NCBI GenBank assembly: GCA_032718475.1
Contig: JAUCBJ010006854.1
Location: forward strand, 1 to 64,000
DNA from: Nemertoderma westbladi
Taxonomy: Eukaryota; Animalia; Xenacoelomorpha
Reading direction: 5' to 3'
DNA length: 64,000 nucleotides
Numbering within the stretch: position 1 is the first letter of the stretch; each line of letters begins with the position of its first letter. The notes beneath the pieces were generated by a model, which was given only the letters and a program-made list of their open reading frames with translations, was not told the DNA's origin and did no database searches. The translations under genes were made by a program, and so were the position numbers. Of the stretch, positions 51,529 through 60,718 are shown piece by piece.

Positions 51529-52221
51529 ATGCCAAATGAAATGCAGTTAGAAGCGAACAAATTCGAGGAGTTCACCATGGAAACTGGACCAAAAGATGCC
51601 ATATCGGTAACCTTAACAACCTCTGTCGTGGTTCTAATCTTGTCTACATTTGTTCAGGAATTCACTAATGTCAGCTGTGGAGTTAAAACGATTACAGTGA
51701 TACTATTGCTTAGTAACATATTGGTTCTTATTATATACTTACATTTATTCAAGGTGGTCAAAGAGACACTGTTGCTATACGGGAACGTCGGCATTCAGAT
51801 AGACCAGCAATATGCTTCCGGGAGAACCACTCATAAACTTTATCCGGTAGAAGAAGTTCGCGACATTGTCATCAACGAATACGTGACGATATATTCCGTT
51901 TATTATTATTTAGTGGCGTTGATCTGTGATTCCGATGTGACTCACACAGCTGATAAATCGAACCCCATTCGCATTGTTCCTGTATTTGTTAACAAACTTC
52001 CAGATATTCATTTCCTCTACGAGGTGTACAAACGGGCGAAGGAGTTGGGATTTGGTACGCCAGCGTTGTCCGGTGGTAGATCGGGTGACTGTACCCTGGA
52101 TAATGGGTTGACGGAGGAGAGAGTAAATAGCACACAGTTACTGGAGGAGAGAGGAGGCGGTACCCAATTACGGTTGCGTGGGGACACTACCGAAGGTAAC
52201 GCTAGTGCTGGCGACAGATGA
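51529..52221 (+). CDS. PIGH: GPI-GlcNAc transferase subunit H (PIG-H), single exon
   Basis: Two TM segments, then ETLLLYGNVGIQ..YASG...VRDIVINE...VYYYL...IVPVF...P....EVY. First ATG at 51529. Confidence 0.88.
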   Translation: MPNEMQLEANKFEEFTMETGPKDAISVTLTTSVVVLILSTFVQEFTNVSCGVKTITVILLLSNILVLIIYLHLFKVVKETLLLYGNVGIQIDQQYASGRTTHKLYPVEEVRDIVINEYVTIYSVYYYLVALICDSDVTHTADKSNPIRIVPVFVNKLPDIHFLYEVYKRAKELGFGTPALSGGRSGDCTLDNGLTEERVNSTQLLEERGGGTQLRLRGDTTEGNASAGDR

Positions 52222-53073
52222 TTTTATTCAGTGCAGTTACATTTAGACAGTAAGATATTTACAACTTCCCCTTTATAACAATCTATTACTACAGCTTATC
52301 GAGTTACGTTACACCTTAGTTATGCAATGTATTTTTATTTTGGTCTGCGTCTTCGAATATTAATACATAGTTGATTTCTGCATGGTGGACTTAAAGTGAA
52401 ATTTTTCTTTCGTCATTGATCAACTAAAACATTTCTAATACAAATCCAAGACAGAATAAGAAAGGTTAGCCGTAATATTTTCATCTGATGTTGCTATCGA
52501 ATTTGGATTTTTCGCTTTTATTGGTCGACTTATACTGGAACTAAACGGTGGCCGCATATGATTATATTTTTGCAATTTATTTTTTTATTTTTATTGTTGT
52601 CATTATTTAATTTATTTTATTAATAATAATCTTACATCCAATCCAAAATATGAATACTGTTATTACTTAACATTTTTAGAATGTTTATTTTTTCGATGAC
52701 GGTTTGAAGGTTGGTAAGTTGTTTGAGAAATAGCTCGATGTATCGAAATCCAATCAATACACACCAACGTTACATTGGGACCTCTACGGGAGTCCATGCT
52801 GGGCTCTAACTGCTGAGGACACCAAATCTCTGGATAGTAAGAATGTGTTGGCAAGCTGTATTTTTCGAGGTGTTTGTTATTATACATTTATTATAGGAAG
52901 GGATCTAGGGGTCTTAACCTCGAATGATAAGTTTATTTTACCGAAAATAGCTTATCTTTTATTGGCGCAATTGTAGGACTAATCCCATCACATGCGTACT
53001 TTTTTAACCGGGTAGTGTACAAATTTAGGAATCGCGTAATTTTTCTTGAAATTAATATCTCATATCTCTCCAA

Positions 53074-53116
53074 ACCACGTACGCGTTTCGACCTTACTGG
53101 GTCTCATCAGCGTGGT
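53074..53116 (-). ncRNA. Minimal type I hammerhead ribozyme
   Basis: Minus strand: ACCACG CUGAUGA GACC-CAGUAA-GGUC GAAA C-GC-G UA^ CGUGGU. The core is complete, with a 6-bp stem I, a 4-bp stem II and a palindromic ACGCGU stem III. Confidence 0.92.
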
Positions 53117-53180
53117 GTCGGATTCGAACCTGGGACCTCGAGGCGGAAGCCGAGACTACAACCACTAGGCCACAGGTTCT
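53117..53180 (-). promoter_or_regulatory. tRNA-derived internal Pol III promoter immediately 5' of the hammerhead
   Basis: A box TGGCCTAGTGG (53172-53162), anticodon-like arm CTCGG-CTTCCGCC-TCGAG, B box GGTTCGAATCC (53130-53120). Confidence 0.8.
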
Positions 53181-53874
53181 TGAGATATGGAGAATTAATT
53201 TCAAAGACAGCTGCCATTTTATTAGCCCCTGATTTTTGATTATTGATAGTAAGAATGTGTTGGCAAGCTGTATTTAAAAGTTAAGTACGCATGTGATGGG
53301 ATTAGTCCTACAATTGCGCCAATAAAAGATAAGCTATTTTCGGTAAAATAAACTTATCATTCGAGGTTAAGACCCCTATAATAAATCTCTGGATGGCACA
53401 TTCACAAGAATGCTACGCCGGGTTCATTGTGTCAAGTACAATGCACACATCTCCAACCAGACACTATATAACATTGGAGGTGTCTCATTGGTTCCCCCAA
53501 GCTTGACACTAGAACAAAATCGGCTCCGCTTTGCAGGACATTGCTTTCGCCGTGAGGACCAGCCAGTGCATAATCTTGTACTTTGGCAGCCTCATGGAGT
53601 GAATAAGCATGGTGGACAGCCCATGAATTTCTTGAGACGCATCTTAAAGGACACTGGCCTTAAAGATGCGGATGATCTAGCAAATGTCATGGGTGATAGG
53701 GAGTTGTGGCGGTGCAATTTTGTTGACAAGCCGGCACAGCATTCTTAAAAATGCAGCTGCAATGCAGCATGCCGATCCTAGTAGTAGTACATTGGGACTC
53801 CGTAGTTGGTTTCACACTGCATCCACAGAGCATACAATGAATTAATGACTGGAGCTCTGCTCGGGTTCCTGCTG

Positions 53875-54255
53875 CTAAGTGTTTATTTGTTTGTTTGTAG
53901 CTGGTTGGGTTTGTGGCTAGAATGTTTGAACGCTAATGAGTCGGTCAATCATGGATGAAATAGAACCAAACTTGGTACACACGTAGTCTATCAAAAGCTT
54001 AAAAATTATACACACAGACAGAAGTCTATAGTTCCTCTGTCTTCCGCTAGGGGCGAATTGACAGAAACGTAAAAGCAACTGTAATTATAGAGCCAACCAT
54101 CAGGTTCATATGAAATTTGGTAGTAGTAACTTACGAGCATTGCTTAATTATAAATTCTACACACAGACAGACTTTTACAGTTCTCTGTCTGCCGCTAGAG
54201 GGCGAATTGTCAGAGCTCCAGTTTATCGTGCTTAGCACGGTTTATTATACTTGTA
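53875..54255 (+). mobile_element. Possible Helentron/DINE-like non-autonomous remnant
   Basis: (TTTG)n-like start, two ~150-bp internal repeats (acacacagac...ccgctag.gggcgaattg), terminal hairpin cgtgc-tta-gcacg followed by tatacttgt. Confidence 0.45.
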
Positions 54256-55021
54256 ATGTAGAATAAATTCAACCCATTAAGCAGTGAAAGGATGGGGTAC
54301 GTTACGTACAGTACTAGGCCTACGTAGGCTACAGTACACTACCCAGTGATACTAAGAATATTGAAATTTCAATATTGATTTATTTTAACAATGATTATTA
54401 TTATTATGTGTATGTGGTATTCATGGGATGTTATCGTTAGGCCCAGGTCACACGTGAGGTTTCAACATTCAACTAAATGACACATTGTTTCCTATGGCAT
54501 GGGGACGTTCACTATTAAACAATCAACTTTCAATTTGCTACTTTTAAAATCATAGACTTATTTTCTATCTTATTTAAAAGTTGAAAGCTGGCATCTCTAG
54601 CATTGACAACCTCTCAGAACTAACCATTATTTGACCAATTGAATATTGTGCAACCCTTTTATAACTAGTTTATGCAAATCCTTAACGACCAATTAATGGA
54701 AGAGATCAGTATACAGTAAGTAGGCCTAGTAAGTTCTATTATCCCAATATTTATTACACTATTAGTGCCATATTATACAGTAGGACCCCCTATTCTAGTG
54801 ACTCATAGTGGCCCTTCCACGCTGTGAATAAGAAGAAATAAAACCTGTGTTGGTAGACATGTAATAAATTGTACTTCAGCCAGAGAACAATTCTGTATGA
54901 AAACAACTTTATTATAAATTAAATATTGCATCTTCATTGGACGCTTTAAGGGTATCATTGCAGGAAATTAATATTAGCTTCCTGCCATAGTAGCTTCTAC
55001 GCTACGCATTGCACACACAGG

Positions 55022-56440
55022 GGAAGGTACTTAAAGAGCAATACGACCGAACATAGTCGAACACACACCAACGCACTTCAAAAACTGCCAGTCAACAGTC
55101 GAAAATAGAAAGAGCACTAAAAATTAGATAAAATTATCCACGCGTTGCTTTTCTATGAGTAAATTCCCGAAATTATTGAATAAAATTGTCGCGAAATTAA
55201 ATATTAATTTCTTATTAAATCAGCTGATGGGATCAGGTATCATTTATCAGATTTATATTCCAGTACAGCAATAGGCAGGTAGGTAATTACCGGCTTGGCG
55301 TACTATATTTATTTATTTATATTGAATGGCGTGGTACAGGTACCTATGTTGTACCAATACCATACGTCATGTACTTAAGGTCACCGGTGGTAGGCCTAAT
55401 TTCCTAATTCATATCTTCAGCAATCAGTCCCATCCCAACCCAAGCTATTCCAATACACAGACAAACAGGCAGAGGCCTATTAGCTAACCCACTATTACTA
55501 TATACTGATATATGTGACAGGTACCCGGTAGGCTTCCCTTCATAGTTTGTTGTACAGAACAGCAGTATACAACAAATTGGGTGACAGACCGAACGTAATC
55601 AGGATCGAATGTAACATAGTTTTTACGAGTCGAACGTAACCTCAATTATGTTACATTGGATCCTAACTATGTTACATTCGATCTACAAATTACTAAGCTC
55701 GAATGTAACATACATTGATTTCAGTTGTGTTTTGATTTCAGGAGTTAACCGATGAAATGCTTCGTTTATTTACAGGAAGAAACAGTTTGGTGTTGGTGAG
55801 TACAAAACAAAGACCCAAGACCTGGTGTTAACTTTCGTTTATTGTTTTGGTTCCCCCAACCCGCCTCTGTAACTTGCTCATTTCAGCCTTTAAATAAAAG
55901 TAACCTGCATAATCTTGTAACATGTGTTAACTTTCGTTTATTGTTTTGGTTCCCCCAACACGCCTCTGTAACCTGCTCCTTTAAATCTGTAAATGGCAAT
56001 GTTACATTCGGGCTTAGTAATTTGTAGATCGAATGTAACATAGTTATAGGATCCAATGTAACATAATTCTGTAATTGCGGTTACGTTCGATACGTAATAA
56101 CTATGTTACATTCGATCCTGATTACGTTCGGTCATGTATCCCAACAAATTAAGAATTGAGCGGTTACCAACCTACCGGTAGTCGACATGATACCTGACAT
56201 TAGCTGATCTGATAAGAAATGGATATTTAATTTCGCGACAATTTTATTCAATAATTTCGGGATTTACTTGGGCCTATAGAAAAGCAACGCGTGGCTAATT
56301 TTATCTAAAAGTTGGTACCCGGTGTTACTTTTTTATGCTCTTTCTATTTTCGACTGTGTTAGATTTTATGTTCTGCAATTTTCAGGTTTTTGGAGTGTGT
56401 TGGCATTCGGTCGTGTTGCTCTTTAAGTACAGTACCTTCC
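55022..56440. mobile_element. Old long-TIR element (Kolobok-like TTAA-AG...CT-TTAA motif near the ends)
   Basis: ~220-250-bp diverged inverted arms (55022-55243 versus 56187-56440), e.g. ttaaagagcaatacgaccgaa / ttcggtcgtgttgctctttaa and cccgaaattattgaataaaattgtcgcgaaattaaatat. Confidence 0.75.
55579..56142. mobile_element. MITE nested in the above (GGG...CCC ends, 8-bp TSD AACAAATT; Merlin/MULE-like)
   Basis: ~130-bp TIRs made of gatcgaatgtaacata sub-repeats; aacaaatt at 55571-55578 and 56143-56150. Confidence 0.88.
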
Positions 56441-56755
56441 ACCCACTTGTTGTATGAAAGAATTCTGAATAAGTATAATTCTGCTATATCCTGAACGCTG
56501 AACCGATGTACTGTAGTAATTCATAATGCATAGTAACATCTTCAGTCAGTCAGTATACATGGTGTGCGGCCGTCGCGCAGCACGAGATAAACTTAGCCTA
56601 TTAAATACGAATACGAATACGAATAAAATACGAATACAGTAATACAATCTTTGTATAAATTGGAGCATCTAAATACATGAATATAATTTTATATTTGATT
56701 TATATGGTATTTGATATCTGATTTATATGGTATATGGTATTTTATATTGTATTTG

Positions 56756-57760
56756 ATGCCTACTGTCAGCAGAATGCCTACCAACAGCAACACCACGTCT
56801 AACACGGCATCTAGCCGTAGCAGCCAGGATAAAAGGCGATCCAGTCTCGCTGCTCCAAAAAATTGTAGTTCAAAACACAAGCCTTCTGATTGGTTTACGA
56901 CAAAGGTAGAATGCTCATGTTGCCTTAACACATGGACTGAAATGGAAATTCGAGTTGGTGATGACTACTCTTCTCGATCATTTACATGTGGCTTCTGCTC
57001 TGCAGCAATTATATCGGACCTAAAGCGTAAATTTATGGACGAACTTGATTCTGAAACCCAACGTCTGGTGCAAACAATCCGCGATGAAAAGTCTGATATT
57101 GTATCGAATCTCGATGCAACCCGTTCTGAGCTAGAGACCAGGGTTGAAGAAATAGAGAAAGTCGTTGCTGATTTGCAAACTAGCGAGTCTGATACCAATG
57201 CTATCCTTGGCAATGGTGATGTTGATATCGATTGTGATAGCCCTACTGATTCCTCATGGGTCAATGTTGTCCGTAAGAACCGTTCTGTCATCAAAGAGCT
57301 GCAAAGGAAAGTTGAAACCAGGCAAACCACTCATCCTCCGGTTAATACAACCGACATACAGAAGGTGATATTAGACACTGAGCAACGAAAGCACCATGTT
57401 CTTATAAGAGGACTTCCTGGAGATGGACAACCCAATACACAAACCCAGCGTCAAGTAGATAACAAATACCTAGAGGACTCCTTAAACGAAAAGTTGAACT
57501 ACCATGGTATCTCCCGTCTAGGTCGTCCCAGGGATGATGGTAAACCACGCCCACTTCGGCTGATCTTCTCAACAAGTGATGAGGCTAATAAGCTAATTGC
57601 TAGACGTTACTTTTTGCACAATAACACAAAATACTACTTTGACCGTGACCTATCGCGTTTTGAACAAGAACAGGCCTACAAGCAGCGGCAGAAACGACGG
57701 AATCAAATGCACTCCTCACCGAATAGCAACACCACACCTTTAGCTAACCAAGTCGATTGA
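56756..57760 (+). CDS. LINE ORF1p (degenerate PHD-like Cys motif, coiled coil, RRM-like/CTD)
   Basis: CSCC...FTCGFC; coiled coil; VLIRGLP...SRLGR...KPRPLRLIF...DRDLS. First ATG at 56756. Confidence 0.85.
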   Translation: MPTVSRMPTNSNTTSNTASSRSSQDKRRSSLAAPKNCSSKHKPSDWFTTKVECSCCLNTWTEMEIRVGDDYSSRSFTCGFCSAAIISDLKRKFMDELDSETQRLVQTIRDEKSDIVSNLDATRSELETRVEEIEKVVADLQTSESDTNAILGNGDVDIDCDSPTDSSWVNVVRKNRSVIKELQRKVETRQTTHPPVNTTDIQKVILDTEQRKHHVLIRGLPGDGQPNTQTQRQVDNKYLEDSLNEKLNYHGISRLGRPRDDGKPRPLRLIFSTSDEANKLIARRYFLHNNTKYYFDRDLSRFEQEQAYKQRQKRRNQMHSSPNSNTTPLANQVD

Positions 57761-57880
57761 CTAGCTCATTCCCTTCCTCCCAGACTAACAACCACTACAC
57801 TAGGTACACCATCCCCACAAACAATCACCACAGCTTCCTCTCAAAGCAACAGGGATAAAACCAATTGTGATCTAAAAGTT

Positions 57881-60718
57881 ATGTACACAAATGCTGACAA
57901 CCTCCTGAATAAACTAACAGAGCTGCTTACCTATGTATCTATCCACAATCCCCATGTTGTCGCTGTGACCGAGGTGTTACCAAAGTTTCATAAATTGGAT
58001 ATAACAGAGAGTAACTACACATTGTCTGGTTATAATATGTACTCGAACCTTGATAAGCCAGGTTGTAGTAGGGGCATTATAATCTACTGTAAAGATGGGT
58101 TAACCACAGCCGATTACAACATTCCCACCATTCCCAATACTCATGTATCATGTCTTCCAGAGTCAGTATGGATTACAGTATTTGGCTCTAAGAAGAATAA
58201 CTTTGTTAATTTGGGATGTTTATATCGGAGTCCTACCAACCCTGAAGTAAACACGAAAGGTGTGTGCAACTTACTCGATGCTGTCTGTTCAGCAAACAGG
58301 AAAGAAGAGTTACTTATTGTAGGAGATTTTAATATGCCAGACACGAGTTGGCAAACCCTTTCATCCAGTGACAAATATGAAACTGAAATTATCCTATCAA
58401 TAAATGATAACTTTCTCTACCAACTCATAGATAAGCCAACCCGCTTTCGTGCCAACCAAAAACCGAATATATTAGACCTGATTCTAACAAATGAGGAACA
58501 TATTGTTGATTATCCTACTTATAGACCTGCTCTAGGTGCCAGCGACCATGTAGTGTTTGACTTTCATGTTGCTCTCCAAACACCAAAGTCAGTTACAACA
58601 CTTAATCGTCCCATCTTTTCAAAAGCAAATTATTCGGCAATTGCTGCAGAATTTAATATCAATAACTGGTCTGCCCTCTTCACTCCTCTCTCTGCACAAT
58701 CATCATGGTCACTATTCCATTCCTGCCTATTGCACTCATGCAAACACCATATTCCCACCAAACCCATTTCTTCCTCTCTGCCACCCAAGTGGATGAACAT
58801 TGACGTTCGTAATTCTATTCGGAACAAGGAACACTGTTGGATTGCGTACCGCAGAGATCCGTCGCCTAATACAATGGAAAGATATAAACTTGCTAGAAAT
58901 ATTTGTACCCAAAATATACGGAAGGCAAAGTGTCAATTTGAACGTAAAATCGCCTTGAATGCCTCAACAAATCCAACTGAATTCTGGAAGTTTGTTCGGT
59001 CAAAAACCAAAGTTCGTTCAACCATACACAACCTCAAACGTCCAGATGGTACATTCGCCACTACAAATATTGAGAAAGCAACTCTGTTAAATGAGTATTT
59101 TCATAGTGCTTTTACAGTTGAAGACCTGAGTAACATTTCTAGCCTTCCTCCTACTCAACCAAACACTATCGAACTCTCCTCAATTTCATTCACCACAGAA
59201 TCAGTCACAAAAGCCATACAGGAAATGAAAAGTCCCAGTGCCCCTGGCCCTGATTCCATATATCCACAGGTCATAAAGGAACTTGCTGATTCCGTCGCCC
59301 ATCCACTTGCTATTCTATTCCAAAAGTCTATGGATGAAGGTATAGTTCCAGCAGAATGGAAATTGGCAAATATATCTCCGCAGTTCAAGAATGGAAAGAA
59401 ATATGATAAAGAAAACTACCGGCAGATTAGCTTAACCTCAGTTGTGTGTAAGCTTATGGAGCGCAACATAGCATCTGTCACATACGAATTTTTAAAGGAA
59501 AACAGACGTCTTTCTGACCAACAGTATGGGTTTCTTAAAGGACGCTCATGTACACTGCAACTACTGGATGCCATATTTAACTGGTATAAGGTCCTTGATG
59601 ACCGACAATGTATTGACGTTGCCTTTTTAGACTTTCGTAAAGCGTTTGATTCTGTCCCACATCAACGTCTACTCCTCAAATTGAAGTCATTGGGGATAGC
59701 TGGCAACCTTTTGAAGTGGATTAGTTCGTTTTTATCTGGTAGATACCAACGAGTAGTAATTGGTGGTGAACATTCAACATGGCTATCAGTTGATAGTGGG
59801 GTTCCCCAAGGAAGTGTCGATGGGGTACTATTTTTCTTGGGATTTGTAGATGACATTCCTGCACTCCTAGGGCATTTGGCATACTTGTTTGCTGATGACT
59901 TAAAAGACTCTGCTGTAGTGGATCCCTCTATTAAACTCTCCGTGGGACCCCTGCAAAGTGATCTAGATATTTTGGATTGGTGGAGCAAGACCTGGCAATT
60001 ATTATTTAATCATAAGAAATGCAAGGTAATGCATATTGGTCGCTCTAACCCCAGGTACACGTACACCCTCGGGTCACACACACTGGAGACAACCGAAACA
60101 GAGAAAGACTTGGGTGTGAACTTAGATGATTCTCTCCAGTTCTCATTGCACACAGCCACTATCGTGAAGAAGGCAAATAAGGTTCTGGGGCTAGTATATA
60201 GAAGCTTTAATCACCTCAATGAAGACATGTTCATTAGTCTCTATAAGTCACTTGTCCGTCCTTGTGTGGAATACGCATCTCCAGTTTGGTCACCCAGCCA
60301 TGTAGGAGAAAGCCGCCTACTTGAGTCTGTCCAACGTCGGGCTACCCGTTTGGTAGCGGGCCTTCGTGACCTTCCATATCCGGAGCGACTGCGTCGCTTG
60401 GGACTACCTACTCTGGAATACCGACGTTCTCGCGCGGACCTTATTCAATTATATCGCATGCTAACGGGTGTTGATGCTGTCGATTGGCAGAGTTTCTTCT
60501 CCTTATCGTCAACTGTCTGTCGCGGTAACTCTTTAAAACTCACCAAACCGACCGTCCGTCTGAAAATCCGGGCCGATTCGTTCCACTTCCGAGTCATATC
60601 TCCCTGGAATGCTCTTCCTGATGTGGTTGTTACTTCCCCAAGTGTGAATATATTCAAATCGAACTTAAATGACCATTACAACTCTGCTACTAAGTTCTAC
60701 CCATCCTGGTGGAATTAA
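57881..60718 (+). CDS. LINE ORF2p (APE endonuclease + reverse transcriptase), CR1 clade
   Basis: YTNAD, VTE, YRSP, GDFN, LDL, SDH; PGPD, QYGF, LDFRKAFDSV, GVPQGS, FADD, KDLGV; CR1-type C-terminus (LEYRRSRADL...RGNSLKL...WNALP). Confidence 0.96.
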   Translation: MYTNADNLLNKLTELLTYVSIHNPHVVAVTEVLPKFHKLDITESNYTLSGYNMYSNLDKPGCSRGIIIYCKDGLTTADYNIPTIPNTHVSCLPESVWITVFGSKKNNFVNLGCLYRSPTNPEVNTKGVCNLLDAVCSANRKEELLIVGDFNMPDTSWQTLSSSDKYETEIILSINDNFLYQLIDKPTRFRANQKPNILDLILTNEEHIVDYPTYRPALGASDHVVFDFHVALQTPKSVTTLNRPIFSKANYSAIAAEFNINNWSALFTPLSAQSSWSLFHSCLLHSCKHHIPTKPISSSLPPKWMNIDVRNSIRNKEHCWIAYRRDPSPNTMERYKLARNICTQNIRKAKCQFERKIALNASTNPTEFWKFVRSKTKVRSTIHNLKRPDGTFATTNIEKATLLNEYFHSAFTVEDLSNISSLPPTQPNTIELSSISFTTESVTKAIQEMKSPSAPGPDSIYPQVIKELADSVAHPLAILFQKSMDEGIVPAEWKLANISPQFKNGKKYDKENYRQISLTSVVCKLMERNIASVTYEFLKENRRLSDQQYGFLKGRSCTLQLLDAIFNWYKVLDDRQCIDVAFLDFRKAFDSVPHQRLLLKLKSLGIAGNLLKWISSFLSGRYQRVVIGGEHSTWLSVDSGVPQGSVDGVLFFLGFVDDIPALLGHLAYLFADDLKDSAVVDPSIKLSVGPLQSDLDILDWWSKTWQLLFNHKKCKVMHIGRSNPRYTYTLGSHTLETTETEKDLGVNLDDSLQFSLHTATIVKKANKVLGLVYRSFNHLNEDMFISLYKSLVRPCVEYASPVWSPSHVGESRLLESVQRRATRLVAGLRDLPYPERLRRLGLPTLEYRRSRADLIQLYRMLTGVDAVDWQSFFSLSSTVCRGNSLKLTKPTVRLKIRADSFHFRVISPWNALPDVVVTSPSVNIFKSNLNDHYNSATKFYPSWWN

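Larger units (their letters stand above)
52836..53382 (-). mobile_element. Non-autonomous hammerhead-bearing retroelement (retrozyme / Sm-alpha-like, Penelope-type insertion structure)
   Basis: 12-bp TSD AAATCTCTGGAT (52824-52835, 53383-53394); 412-bp period marked by a 31-bp direct repeat (52833, 53245); perfect 96-bp inverted copy (52906-53001 versus 53283-53378). Confidence 0.85.
52782..53787 (+). mobile_element. 5'-truncated RTE-like LINE 3' end, split by a nested insert
   Basis: 11-bp TSD TACATTGGGAC (52771-52781, 53788-53798); (TAG)n tail; C-terminal RLRFAGHCFR...DRELWR; paralogue at 40487-40800. Confidence 0.88.

Noticed and set aside
53112-53182. Functional tRNA gene (also 44760-44834)
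   Set aside because: Acceptor and T stems do not pair properly; these are tRNA-derived heads of repeats.
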